Source: an uncultured delta proteobacterium (GTDB lineage Bacteria > Desulfobacterota > Binatia > UBA9968). From it: a DNA stretch of 64,000 nucleotides. Made by a program: the position numbers and the translations under genes. The notes under the pieces were generated by a model that had not been told where the DNA came from, did no database searches, and was given only the letters and a program-made list of their open reading frames with translations. The stretch spans positions 32,001 to 96,000 of the forward strand of contig CAVTUQ010000001.1 in assembly GCA_963737905.1 (NCBI GenBank). The letters run 5' to 3'. Shown piece by piece: positions 42,657 through 53,095 of the stretch. Each line of letters begins with the position of its first letter. Positions within the stretch are counted from its first letter, which is position 1.

Positions 42657-43256
42657 TCAGCTGTAGCGCCTTGATGTGTCTGCGCTTCTGAGTACGTTCT
42701 CGATCCGTCGATCCGGTATGAGCCACAGCAGCGCACCGAATACATACAGGCCCAAGGAGATCCATTGCCGCCAGAAGGCCAAAGGAATGGCCGCGGCGTA
42801 AAGCACCAGCGACAGCTTGCCCTTCCAATCGCCGGCGATAGCCTTTTTGAGAATTGAGTCGGGACCCTGCGACGCAATGATCAGTTGTTGCAATATCAAG
42901 TATGCGACCGCGGCCATCAGAAGCACAACACCGTAGAGCGCTGATGGTGCAGCCGCGAAGTGGTTCTCACCCATCCAGCCTGTCGCGAAGGGTATGAGGG
43001 ATAGCCAGAACAAGAGATGCAGATTCGCCCATAGCATCGGCCCCGTGACTTGTTGACACGCATACAGCATGTGGTGGTGGTTATTCCAATAGATACCCAG
43101 GTAGACGAAGCTCAGAACGTAGCTCAGGAATACGGGGATCAATGGCACCAACGTCTCGATGCCCTCGCCGTGGGGCACCTTCATCTCCAACACCATGATG
43201 GTGATGATGATGGCGATCACGCCATCACTGAACGCTTCAAGCCGATTCTTTCCCAT
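42657..43256 (-). CDS. TMEM175-family potassium channel
   Basis: RLEAFSDGVIAIIITIMVLE signature, YWNNHHH. Confidence 0.92.
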   Translation of the reverse strand: MGKNRLEAFSDGVIAIIITIMVLEMKVPHGEGIETLVPLIPVFLSYVLSFVYLGIYWNNHHHMLYACQQVTGPMLWANLHLLFWLSLIPFATGWMGENHFAAAPSALYGVVLLMAAVAYLILQQLIIASQGPDSILKKAIAGDWKGKLSLVLYAAAIPLAFWRQWISLGLYVFGALLWLIPDRRIENVLRSADTSRRYS

Positions 43257-43422
43257 GCAGAATGACACTCCCGCTCAAAGGAACTTCCACTTTACAAAAA
43301 TGGCTACCGCGGATGAATGGTCATCAATGGGGTCAAGTATGGAGTTAAGTTAATTAGTTAGCCTATCACTTAGGCGCGCTTTTCTAATCCCCTAGCAATA
43401 GCAAGCCAACTATTCAACTACT

Positions 43423-43518
43423 AAAGCAGCTACGGCAAAGCCTGAAGATTTCATCGATCCGCGTTTGGTGAAGAAGCTTGAAGAGAGCGGATTTTTCAAA
43501 AAACTCGCGGGCCGATAG
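43423..43518 (+). pseudogene. C-terminal remnant of NMT1-like binding protein
   Basis: translates KAATAKPEDFIDPRLVKKLEESGFFKKLAGR*, like the tails of the intact SBPs in this window. Confidence 0.7.
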
Positions 43519-43876
43519 TAGCGAGTTGATCATCTCGCATCCGTTTTGACGCGATATCAGTCAGTGCTTTGGCGTGGCTTTTTGAAGTTGGAGAGTCGGT
43601 CATGCGGAATGGTGACAGTCCTACGAAAGGGATTCTCAGACTTTTGGCGGGGCAACAAAGATAGTCAATTCGTAGATTCGTTTGCTCACAGGTATATCTG
43701 CTTCGTTCTCGTGAACAATTTCTTGGAAACATCATGGAAACATGGTACAGAAACGCGTTGATTTTCCAAAGTGTTTTCGCAACAAAATAACTCCAAATCC
43801 GTAGGTCGTGAGATTCGTTTCTGGGCGCGAGCTAGTACAGGGATGTTTCTCCACGGCTTGATAAGACGCACAGATA

Positions 43877-44473
43877 GTGCCAACAATGCGTAATGTACAA
43901 TCAATAGCAACCCTGATCAAGGAAGCGGGTCTCGCCACGATCCCTAACCTGCTGTCCTTCGCCCGGATCGTCGGGGTAACCTTAGCGGTCATTCTCTACT
44001 TGGGAGGGCACGGTTGGGTGGCAGTGGCGATCGGCACCGTCGCCGGCCTGACCGACCACCTCGATGGCTACCTAGCGCGTCGGCTTAAGCAAGAGACGGC
44101 CCTCGGAGCCATGCTGGACCAGGTCGCTGACAGTTTCACAACGGCGATCCTGCTCGCCATGCTCGTCGTCACGGGCGGTATCCCGTTCGCCTATCTGGTG
44201 ATCTTCCTGTTAAGGGAGTTCTGGGTTGGCACCGTGAGGCGGTACGGCGCAGCGGTGGGCATCGAAATCCCGTCGATCGCGCTGGGCAAGATAGCGACCG
44301 CGGTGATTTACTGGGCCATTCTGACGGTGGCGATCATTATCCTGCCCGATATGCCCGCGCGGGTCGTGGCACCGGTGCACTGGATAGGACTTGTGGGCCT
44401 GGGCGTGGGTCTGGCCATCAGTTGCCTGACGGGCTTGCGCTATACAATAACTTTGGGGGGGAAGATGGTGTGA
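43877..44473 (+). CDS. CDP-alcohol phosphatidyltransferase (PgsA-like)
   Basis: TIPNLLS..RI, DHLDGYLAR....T..GAMLDQVAD. Confidence 0.9.
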   Translation: MPTMRNVQSIATLIKEAGLATIPNLLSFARIVGVTLAVILYLGGHGWVAVAIGTVAGLTDHLDGYLARRLKQETALGAMLDQVADSFTTAILLAMLVVTGGIPFAYLVIFLLREFWVGTVRRYGAAVGIEIPSIALGKIATAVIYWAILTVAIIILPDMPARVVAPVHWIGLVGLGVGLAISCLTGLRYTITLGGKMV

Positions 44474-45636
44474 AACCGATATCCACAAATACTACACGGC
44501 GCGGCGCCGAAATTTTGCTCTGCCCAGGTCCTGTCATGCTATCCCCTGGCGTCAAGGCAGCACTTGCCGACTGCGAGATAGGACACCGCGATACGCGCTT
44601 CTCGCAGCTGGTTACGCGGGTGCGGTGCAATAGCCGCCACGTCTTCCGCTCTGGAGATGAGCACAGCATCCTTTTCATCGGCGGACCCGCGACGGCTGCA
44701 ATTGAAGCGGTGTGTGCCTCGCTCGTGCCACCGGATGCCAGGGTGCTTGTCCCCGTCAACGGGTCATTCGGAGCCCGTATCGCGGAGATCCTGAATGTTT
44801 ACCAGATCCCCCACACAGCGATCGATTTCGGGTTCGGTAAGCCTTTCGATCTGGATCGCATCAAGGCGGTCATTGCGGAAGAGCGCCGGTGCGGGTTCAC
44901 TGCCGTGGCGATGACCCACCATGAGACGTCAGCGGGCCTGCTCAACCCGGTGGCGGCCGTCGGTGCCCTGGCGCGGCAGCACGGCCTGAAACTGATCGTC
45001 GACGCCACGTCGAGCGCAGGCGTCGAGGACCTGGATGTAACGCGCGATGGGATCGACGCGTGCATCACGACCTCCGGAAAATGCCTGCATGCGGCGCCGG
45101 GGCTCAGCCTTGTCTGCGTGCGACGCGACCTGCTTGAAATGTCCAGGCTAATACGCCCGCGCAGTTATTCGGTGGACCTGCATCGTTTCCATGACCAGAT
45201 GGAATTCAACCGCCAGACGCCCTTCACAGCCTCTGTACCCTTGTTCCTTGCGCTCGACCGCGCGCTTGAAGAACTTCTCGATCGGGGCATCGATGAACGA
45301 CGACGCGTCTACTGGCGACGCCGCGAAATACTGGCGGCGGGAATGGTACGGCTGGGGTTACCTCTGTTGCCGTTGCCAACGGGGAGTGAAGCCGCCTCGA
45401 TTCTGACGGTCGGCGTTCCGGAAACACTCGGCTTCGACGCGCTTTACGCGGCCGTCAAAAATCGTGGCTACCTCATCTATGCCTGCAAGCCGCCGCTGGC
45501 GCCGAACTACTTCCAAATCGCGGTCATGGGAGAATTGGCGGACGATGAGCTTCATGAATTTCTCGAGATTTTGCAGTCGTTGATGACCACCGTGCCGGCG
45601 CGTTACCTCCCCTATGCTAGGTTAGCCCGCGGGTGA
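44470..45636 (+). CDS. class V PLP aminotransferase, 2-aminoethylphosphonate transaminase (PhnW)-like
   Basis: LLCPGPV, HHETSAGLLNP, IVDATSS, SGKCL, QTPFT. Confidence 0.8.
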   Translation: MKPISTNTTRRGAEILLCPGPVMLSPGVKAALADCEIGHRDTRFSQLVTRVRCNSRHVFRSGDEHSILFIGGPATAAIEAVCASLVPPDARVLVPVNGSFGARIAEILNVYQIPHTAIDFGFGKPFDLDRIKAVIAEERRCGFTAVAMTHHETSAGLLNPVAAVGALARQHGLKLIVDATSSAGVEDLDVTRDGIDACITTSGKCLHAAPGLSLVCVRRDLLEMSRLIRPRSYSVDLHRFHDQMEFNRQTPFTASVPLFLALDRALEELLDRGIDERRRVYWRRREILAAGMVRLGLPLLPLPTGSEAASILTVGVPETLGFDALYAAVKNRGYLIYACKPPLAPNYFQIAVMGELADDELHEFLEILQSLMTTVPARYLPYARLARG

Positions 45637-45642
45637 TCAAAA

Positions 45643-46140
45643 TTGACAGGAAAAGAAGTGTCACCGGCCGTCAACGCGGGGGTATTCTGCAGCTGGCGCC
45701 ATTTTCTCGCGTTCGGTCTCGGTAGCGGACTGGCCAGGTTTGCGCCGGGCACGTTCGGCACCCTCGTTGCAATCGCCTTCTATCTTCCCCTGAGCCAGCA
45801 GCCGCACTGGCTCTATGCAATCTGCGTGTTTTGCGCCTTTGCCTTTGGTGTCTGGCTTTGTCAAAGCGTCACGCATGACCTCGGTGTGCACGACCATGGC
45901 GGCATCGTGTGGGACGAGTTCGTCGGTTACTGGATCACGATGTTCCTCGTGCCCGTTAGCTGGGGCACGGTCCTGGCCGGCTTTGCGCTGTTTCGCCTGC
46001 TCGACATCTGGAAACCATGGCCGATTTGCTGGATCGACAAGCACGTGCAAGGCGGCCTCGGCATCATGCTGGATGATGTGATTGCCGGCGCGGCTGCCTG
46101 TATTATCCTGCACTCCCTTCGCGCGGGCGCCGGGTTTTGA
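45643..46140 (+). CDS. pgpA: phosphatidylglycerophosphatase A
   Basis: GSGLA..APGTFGT, HDHGGIVWDEFVG, FRLLDIWKPWPI, GIMLDD. Confidence 0.92.
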   Translation: MTGKEVSPAVNAGVFCSWRHFLAFGLGSGLARFAPGTFGTLVAIAFYLPLSQQPHWLYAICVFCAFAFGVWLCQSVTHDLGVHDHGGIVWDEFVGYWITMFLVPVSWGTVLAGFALFRLLDIWKPWPICWIDKHVQGGLGIMLDDVIAGAAACIILHSLRAGAGF

Positions 46141-46627
46141 ACCATCGGCCGTTGTCGTTCTCGAAATCAAGCCACCGTGCAGCTACTGTTGAACCCGGAT
46201 TCCGCAGTTGCCGGAAGCGAGGTGGAATCCTGGAGCAGCGAAGGCGTCCGACTGTGAAGTTTCAAAGTCATTTTGCGCTTTCGCACGTCGTTGCTATGAG
46301 GCTCGACATCCCCTCGAAGCACCGCTGATAGATGTCTGCTCAGAGGCAGAAACCCATCGACTTCGCTGCGGAAGGGTTGCGCCTCGCGCTTCTTGTCGAT
46401 CGCAACTGCGGAATCCGGGTTGAACGGTGTGAGAGATACGTACGTGACAGAGCCGAGTTTCCGTGTCTCGTATAGTGAACACATTGGTATCAGAACGCTA
46501 TTCAAGTCTACTATCAGCGATGGTATCGACAAGGGGTTGTAACGATCGATGTTAGTCTGCGACTCTGGCCGTTTTTCTATTGGAAGCTGGCCAGATGCAT
46601 TAATCCATGATAGACCATCCGAACACC

Positions 46628-46712
46628 ATGCAGAAAAAATATGCGAATTTCAGGGACAAGATAAAAGCACCTGAAGACTTTATTGAACTGTGTGCGAGCC
46701 GAAGCCTGGTGT
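46628..46712 (+). pseudogene. possible DUF5329-like gene remnant
   Basis: MQKKYANFRDKIKAPEDFIELCASRS resembles the KY..I..AEDFI..AS.S motif (recalled, unverified). Confidence 0.35.
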
Positions 46713-46744
46713 ACCGTACCAGTGTTGCTGGTGAGTCTCATTAG

Positions 46745-47653
46745 ATGAGGCGTGTTTTCAACATAAGCATCTACGGCACTGGAGGGCTACTTCTGCTTAT
46801 CTTGCTGTTACCTTCTTGTGCAACGACGCAGCTTCATTCAACACCACCCGTGCACTACTATCAGAATTCAAGCATTCCGTATCATGCTGACCAGCATTCC
46901 AATGAACACGGTCTCAGGGTCATGACGCTGAACTTAGCCCACGGGCGAGGGACCAGTTTTCATCAATTGCTGCTGCATTCAGCCGAGATTGTGAAAAACC
47001 TAGATAATATAGACAAACTACTGAACCAGGCAGCACCGGATATCGCTGCTTTTCAGGAGATCGATGGGCCTTCGTTCTGGAGTGGCAATTTCAACCACGT
47101 TGAATATCTTGCAAGTCACAGCATGTTTGCCCGTTCGATTCAGGCGTCACACGTTGATGCGATAGGACTTTCCTATGGTACAGCACTGATGTCACGACAG
47201 GAGATGTCGAATCCGCAGGCGGTTACATTTAACCCCTTACTTACACTGGTACCCACGGGTTTTGTGGTATCGACCATTAGTTGGCCGGGAAGGGACAGTG
47301 TCGACATTGATGTAGTTTCTGTTCATCTGGATTTCATGAGTGGTTGGGTCAGGAAAAAACAGGCAGACGAACTGATTGCAGTTTTACGTGCCAGAAACAA
47401 TCACCTAATTATCATCATGGGCGACATGAACTCAGGATGGCAGGACTCGGCACCACAGTACCTGGTTGAGAAACTTGGGCTGAAGGCGTACCAGCCGGAA
47501 AACAGCAGCCTGATCACTTTTCCCCTGCTTGGCAAACGCCTGGACTGGGTCCTGATATCACCCGGTCTTGAGTTTTCTTCCTATGAAGTTGTCGGAACCG
47601 ATATTTCCGATCATCGTGGTATACTTGCCGAGCTTACACTTTCTAGCGGGTAA
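46745..47653 (+). CDS. endonuclease/exonuclease/phosphatase family lipoprotein
   Basis: RVMTLN, FQEID, SVHLD, MGDMN, LDWVL, SDH; LPSC lipobox-like. Confidence 0.88.
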   Translation: MRRVFNISIYGTGGLLLLILLLPSCATTQLHSTPPVHYYQNSSIPYHADQHSNEHGLRVMTLNLAHGRGTSFHQLLLHSAEIVKNLDNIDKLLNQAAPDIAAFQEIDGPSFWSGNFNHVEYLASHSMFARSIQASHVDAIGLSYGTALMSRQEMSNPQAVTFNPLLTLVPTGFVVSTISWPGRDSVDIDVVSVHLDFMSGWVRKKQADELIAVLRARNNHLIIIMGDMNSGWQDSAPQYLVEKLGLKAYQPENSSLITFPLLGKRLDWVLISPGLEFSSYEVVGTDISDHRGILAELTLSSG

Positions 47654-47897
47654 ATAATGGTGGTGGAGTCGCCAGTGTATGGCGACATTTCGCTCTAATC
47701 GCCTCACTTGTGTGCTCCTATGATGCAAAAAGCGGATTGACCGTCCTGTCGTGCAGGCAATCCAGTTCGGCCACCGCCCTGTTGGGCATGTCGCGGCACA
47801 GTTTGTCCACCTGCAGGACAAGGCACTGTGTCTAGAGCGGTTTTTTTGCCAGCCCGATACCACGCGACAGGGTCAGCTCACATAAAGAATCCAAATT

Positions 47898-48620
47898 TCA
47901 ATGTTCAGAATAAAAAACAATCTTTTTAATAAAGGCGTCGGCGCCACCTTTTGTGTCGTCGGTGTTCATTTCAAACGCAAAGCCTGTGATGGGCGGCGTC
48001 TTTTCCTGTTTGAAAACGTCTTTAAATCGATTGTTGACTTCAAATCTGGTGACAATCGTTTGCCCCATAGGCGCGCCATTGGATACACAAAAGTAGCGCC
48101 CCCCTTCCTGGTATAACGTACCGAGGTACATTCTATTTACCTGTTCTTTCTCGCCGATGAACGCACTAAGGAAGTACGGAGCGTCCTTGATGCCCAAAGG
48201 CAAGCCGCTACTCAACTTCTTGTCGCCAAAACTGAAAATGACGCCAATCGGCACCCGTTTTTTTCCTTGTGCCCAGTCTGCACCGATGGGAAAGCGGTTT
48301 ACACCCCATTCAATAGCAATATGATTTACGTCGCCAACGTAATTTGGCTTGCCAAACTTTAATCCGAACATGGCTGTCAAATCTTCGTTCGTGCTGATGC
48401 GCAGCCCCTCATTCTCAAACTTCAAATGCAATCTCTTTGCATCGAGAAACTCATCGAATCCCTGCTTCTTAAGCCATGTGGATGCATCGATATTCTCTTT
48501 CTGGCCGAAATCCATGGTGTATAGAGCCTTGGGTTCGGCACCCGCGGATAGTATCTCACCCATGATTAGGGCGATTCCAAATATCGTAGCACATAGGCAC
48601 TTCTTGGAATTTGTGTTCAC
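47898..48620 (-). CDS. hypothetical exported protein
   Basis: 240-aa ORF with signal peptide, lower GC. Confidence 0.7.
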   Translation of the reverse strand: MNTNSKKCLCATIFGIALIMGEILSAGAEPKALYTMDFGQKENIDASTWLKKQGFDEFLDAKRLHLKFENEGLRISTNEDLTAMFGLKFGKPNYVGDVNHIAIEWGVNRFPIGADWAQGKKRVPIGVIFSFGDKKLSSGLPLGIKDAPYFLSAFIGEKEQVNRMYLGTLYQEGGRYFCVSNGAPMGQTIVTRFEVNNRFKDVFKQEKTPPITGFAFEMNTDDTKGGADAFIKKIVFYSEH

Positions 48621-48698
48621 GCCATCTGTCCCTTATCGGTTATTGGTCATGACAAGCACTGAAAAGCATATATCCCTTTGAGAACAAGTCAAATGGGG

Positions 48699-49460
48699 TC
48701 ACCTTGCCGTTCTTGCCGGGGAGCGGCGGAGCCATTCGTCGAGACCGATGCGGCCTAGGCGCGCTTCCCCCAAAGGCACGAGCGAGCGCTCCTCGACCCG
48801 GCTGCCGTAGTATCGGGCCTCGGGGTCACTCACGACCTCACGCGGGTCGCCGACCGCCTTCAGATAGCGGGCGACGATTTCGTTGAACGGTGCTCGTTCC
48901 GGGCCGGCGACCTCGACGATGCCGTTGCGCGGCGCCGCGAGCGCCACCTCGGCAACGGTGGCAGCAACGTCGTCCGCTGCGATAGGCTGGAACAGGCCCG
49001 CCGAAAGCTTGACTATGTTTCCACTCGTACCTGAAGTGGCTATGCCGGCGAGGAATTCCATGAACTGCGTCGAGCGGACGATGGTATAGGGGATGCCGGA
49101 CTTCTCGATCAGTTTCTCTTGGGCGACCTTGGCGCGGAAATACCCATTGTCGGGCGACCGGTCGGTTCCGACGATGGAAAGCGCGACATGGTGCCGAACG
49201 TCGGCTGTAGCCTCCGCCGCGAGAAGGTTGCGGCCGGAGGTCTCGAAGAATTCCAACACCGCCTTGTCCTCCCACGAAGGCGCGTTCGCCAGGTCGACGA
49301 CAACCTGAGCGCCGGCAAGCGCTTTCGCCAGCCCCTCACCCGTGATGGTGTTGACGCCGGTATTGGGCGAGGCGGCGAGGGCCTCATGGCCGCCCTGGCG
49401 CAGAATGGGGATGGTCTTCGAGCCGATTAGGCCGGTGCCGCCGATGACGACGATTTTCAT
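48699..49460 (-). CDS. NmrA-like SDR oxidoreductase
   Basis: MKIVVIGGTGLIG, YFRAK.AQE. Confidence 0.9.
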   Translation of the reverse strand: MKIVVIGGTGLIGSKTIPILRQGGHEALAASPNTGVNTITGEGLAKALAGAQVVVDLANAPSWEDKAVLEFFETSGRNLLAAEATADVRHHVALSIVGTDRSPDNGYFRAKVAQEKLIEKSGIPYTIVRSTQFMEFLAGIATSGTSGNIVKLSAGLFQPIAADDVAATVAEVALAAPRNGIVEVAGPERAPFNEIVARYLKAVGDPREVVSDPEARYYGSRVEERSLVPLGEARLGRIGLDEWLRRSPARTAR

Positions 49461-49653
49461 ATGTGATCTCCTTTCTGTAGTCGCCCGCAATTCGGGCGAG
49501 TGTTCAAGTGCACTTCAGATTCGTATTACGTTTAGCGCGTATCCGTGTAAGAACGTTGCCAATGTTTATGAACCATGAACAGCTCGTTTCTCCTCTGTCT
49601 TTCCAGTGCTCCGTCGACGATAATTCGGAGCAAGCGGCAAAATGCTGCCCCAG

Positions 49654-50085
49654 TCACTTCACTGGCACGAGCGCCGGAGCGCCCTTGTCCTTGATCATGA
49701 ACACAACGAATTTTGCTGGCTGGGTTTTGCTTGCGTTCCGGTCAACGGTATGAACATCGTCGGGGCCTTCATAGAAGGTCTGTCCTGGCGTCAGCGTAAC
49801 TTCTTTTCCACCCTTCACTTGCATCACAACGGAGCCCTCCAGTACGTAAAGCATCGCATGTGCATTGTGTCGGTGGGCAGGGTTCGACCCGCCGGGCACA
49901 TGCTCCACCGCGATCATCAGAAGTTCCTTGCCAGGGAAGTCCTTCAGATCTTTCGACATGAGAGACGTTACCTTGGCCTCCTGAGCCATCAAGGTGCCGG
50001 CAATGAGAGATAGACCAACACTCAGGAAGAGGGTTAATACGAGGTACTCAACTCTCGTGAACCAACAATCGGTTGCGTGCTTCAT
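49654..50085 (-). CDS. cupin domain protein
   Basis: HRHNAH...YVLEG, GQTFYEGPDDVH. Confidence 0.88.
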   Translation of the reverse strand: MKHATDCWFTRVEYLVLTLFLSVGLSLIAGTLMAQEAKVTSLMSKDLKDFPGKELLMIAVEHVPGGSNPAHRHNAHAMLYVLEGSVVMQVKGGKEVTLTPGQTFYEGPDDVHTVDRNASKTQPAKFVVFMIKDKGAPALVPVK

Positions 50086-50388
50086 TATGGCGTCTCCTTC
50101 TCGGTATTGTTAAATATGTTGTGCCCGGTGCCACTCCTTTGACCAAACTTTCGCGCCGGTCCTCCTATGGTCTTAACACGCTAATGATTTGCGTCAAGTA
50201 AATTCATTGTTAAGAAAACTTAGAATTTTTGATGTTTCTATGCAGAATTTTTCTGACTTTATTTTTTTCTTAAATCGGTTTGGCTTTTCATGCACCTATT
50301 TCATGGCTGGTGCCATCGGCTTGACCTAGAATTGCGGAGTTGAAGGTTATTCGACTCTATTCCTCGCTAGCTTGTCTGGAACAACCTC

Positions 50389-50660
50389 ATGGACGATATT
50401 TCTCTGCAGCAGTTCACCGCGATGGACCAGGCGACCAATGTGGCGAGCTACGTTCACGCGCTTGAAGCCTTCGACGGTATCGAACAGTTGCAGGAGCTAA
50501 AAGTGATCGCCCGCCTGCGCGGTGGGATTGCACGCGGATGCAGCATTCTTGATGTCGGCTGCGGTTTCGGGCTGGAGACCCTGCGGCTTGCCAGTCTAAT
50601 GGCAACGAGCGGCAAGGTGGCCGGCATTGAAAACAGCGTCGACTTTATTGCAGAGACGCA
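50389..50660 (+). pseudogene. truncated SAM-dependent methyltransferase
   Basis: ILDVGCGFG and GKVAGIE motifs, then protein-like sequence is lost at the palindromic site at 50661. Confidence 0.75.
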
Positions 50661-50795
50661 CACGAGGATTGCAGATCCTTTGCGGGCGGTATCTGCATTA
50701 AGCGAAAGAGACGATACGAGAATTGCTAATCCTCGTGTCACGTCTAACCCGAAGAGGACACAACAGAATTTTTCTACTTTGCCACTACTTTGTCA
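50661..50795. repeat. double palindromic core site plus inverted arm-like repeat
   Basis: CACGAGGA-N7-TCCTT (50661), GATACGAGAA-N7-TCCTCGTGTC (50713), CTTTGCCACTACTTTGTCA (50777-50795); homologous to 62667-62762. Confidence 0.75.
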
Positions 50796-50845
50796 TAGGC
50801 AAACAGCTATGGGAAAATGAATCTTGCCACTTGGGAAGAAACGAA

Positions 50846-51385
50846 ATAGCAGGATTGAAAGGCAAAAGCGGACCTCCAGGCAATATGAACGCCTTCAAGC
50901 ATGGGCTGGCGGCGATTCAGAAACGGCGGGAGGAGGGCATTCCCACCGAGCACGAGGAAAGCGTCAGGCAGCAAATTTTCGATGAACTGATAGCCGACAA
51001 GGGCGGGGATGAGCAGATATCGACCGCTACCAGGAATCTTGCCGAGGTTATCGCCAGTGACGCCTCCTGACTTATGGTCTTTAACGGTCCCATCGACCAG
51101 ATCATCCAGAGCAACCAAAAGGTCCGGCAAAACCCGCGTGGTCTTCATCAATTGGACGGCTACAAGCGCGGCCTGGTTAACAGCCTTACCGGCAACCTCC
51201 AGAAATTTGGCCTGGATAGAATTCCTCAGGTCAAGACTCTAGAGGACCTGCTTCAGGACGATGAAACCATCGAGAATCCCACCCAGGATTGTCCAGAAGC
51301 AATGAACGCAACGCAAGATAAAATCCCGACGGCTCCCCACCTGATGCGACAGACTGGATCGACGCCGAGCACCGCGTTCTCATAG
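50846..51385 (+). pseudogene. terminase-small-subunit-like ORF, copy 2 (ATG mutated to ATA, internal TGA at 51068)
   Basis: AGLKGKSGPPGNMNAFKHGL...QLDGYKR...ENPT colinear with 32152-32595. Confidence 0.75.
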
Positions 51386-51433
51386 TATCTCACGTTTGAC
51401 AGTGACTTAACATTTTGTTAAGTTCAACGACAC

Positions 51434-51735
51434 GTGGCCGACAGAGCCAAACCACTCAGTGATGGGGATATTTCCAAGGTCATCAGCCATGCCCTTGACC
51501 GGGGTGCGGTGCTGCCGAGCAATCATTTCCGTCGACGGATGCGCGAACGCAATTTCGACATGCAGGACACTGTAGCAGCGCTCGAGGAACGGAGGCGAAT
51601 CAAGGCTGTTGGAACGATATCGCTCATACATGGAACTATGACGTAAGAGGCCACGATCTCGATGGAAACGAGCTAACCATAAGGATAGTGCCCACCGACG
51701 ATGACACCGGAATCGTCTTGGTGACAGGCTTTTAG
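51434..51735 (+). CDS. DUF4258-like toxin (frameshift near 51620)
   Basis: SNHFRRRMRER, then WNYDVRGHDLDG...VLVTGF*; directly upstream of antitoxin. Confidence 0.7.
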
Positions 51736-51757
51736 GTGCTGGATAAGAGGAGCGATC

Positions 51758-52267
51758 ATGAAGTGCCCTAACTGCGGAAAGGAGATGAAGTTTAAGGTCC
51801 GCGACTATGAGTACGTGGAGTCCGGGCTCAAGAACGTGGTGCTGAAGGATATCACTGTTCACGAATGTAAACACTGCGGCGAGGTCTTGCCGGAAATACG
51901 AAATATCAAGCAGATTCACCAGTGGATAGCGGAATACCTGCTCAAGAAGAAAGGTGCCCTAACGGGCCCAGAGTTTCGGTTTCTGAGAAAAGCCATGGGG
52001 AAGAGCGCCAAAGAAACAGCCGAGTGTCTGGCAGTGAACCCTGTCACTATTTCGCGATGGGAAAACAACAAGGAAAAGATTGGCCCGCAGTCGGACCGGC
52101 TTCTTAGAATGGCATTTATTCTCGACCCGGCTGAGGCGCGGTCGTTCGCCGCGACAAAGTTGCTGGAGTTTGCGCGCGCGACTCTGGGCTGCACAATAGC
52201 GACTCGTAAAAGAGCGAAGCCTGAGAAGATCGTCATCACTCCGAGCGATGTTCGACAAGGAGAATAG
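51758..52267 (+). CDS. MqsA-like antitoxin (YgiT zinc finger + XRE HTH)
   Basis: CPNCG...CKHCGE, EFRFLRK, TISRWEN. Confidence 0.88.
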   Translation: MKCPNCGKEMKFKVRDYEYVESGLKNVVLKDITVHECKHCGEVLPEIRNIKQIHQWIAEYLLKKKGALTGPEFRFLRKAMGKSAKETAECLAVNPVTISRWENNKEKIGPQSDRLLRMAFILDPAEARSFAATKLLEFARATLGCTIATRKRAKPEKIVITPSDVRQGE

Positions 52268-52449
52268 GTCGAATGTAACGCTTTGCCGGCGACAACGCCT
52301 ATCTCAAAGCGCTGCCAACTAGGAAGACCGCACTCTAATAGCAGCGGCTTGCTTTATGAGACGTTTGTAAAAACAATCGAGAAGCGTTGGGACGGGATCC
52401 CACTTACCGCAGCGCCTGCAACCTGGTGGAATTCTAAGAGAGGGGAATG

Positions 52450-52496
52450 TGGCCGGGGACAGAATCGAACTGCCGACACGAGGATTTTCAGTCCTC
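52450..52496 (-). repeat. tRNA-Phe(GAA) 3'-half remnant / att-like site, copy 3
   Basis: minus strand GAGGACTGAAAATCCTCGTGTCGGCAGTTCGATTCTGTCCCCGGCCA. Confidence 0.88.
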
Positions 52497-52688
52497 ATAC
52501 CGTACCGGGACTATGTGTCACTATCGGTCGCTATTGGTATCTATTCAAGCGTTTAACGGCGGTCTCAGCCGGTCGATTTTACCGATTCGAACACATAGAT
52601 GGCATATAGTTCTGGCAAAGTTGTGGCAAAGTCAGTGAACCTCGTTCGGCCCAAAGTCGTCTCAATCCAGCCATTAAATAAGTCTTGA

Positions 52689-52733
52689 TGGCCGCCGAGA
52701 CTCGAATTCCGGACCCGCCGATTAAGAGTCAAG
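52689..52733 (-). repeat. tRNA-Lys(CTT) 3'-half remnant
   Basis: minus strand TGACTCTTAATCGGCGGGTCCGGAATTCGAGTCTCGGCGGCCA. Confidence 0.75.
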
Positions 52734-53095
52734 TCCAGCGCGGACCAGAACAGAACATTAATAAGAATGCCCAACCATTTCGAGGCCCGCTTGGCTTTTT
52801 CTTCGGCAATGGAAGGTGTATGTTCTGCCCAGATTCAGGCACAAAACAAGCACAGCCATGAGGTGAAAGCCATGAGGCGCGAGGGAGAAATGAATAAGCG
52901 GAAGCTCGGTAGCTTTGCTCTAAGCGTGATGCTCCTTGCGCTTAGCGTATCCGCTCAGGCGCAGCAGCCAGCGAACGTTCACAAGATAGGCGTGCTGCGA
53001 GCCGATTCGCCGCCGAATCTCTCGGCAGAGACATTTCAGCAGGCAATGCGCGATCTTGGTTACGTAGAAGGCAAGAATATCGTCATCGAGTACCG

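Noticed and set aside
26355-52733. Functional tRNA-Phe or tRNA-Lys genes
   Set aside because: All five copies lack the acceptor 5' strand and D-arm; treated as att-type remnants.
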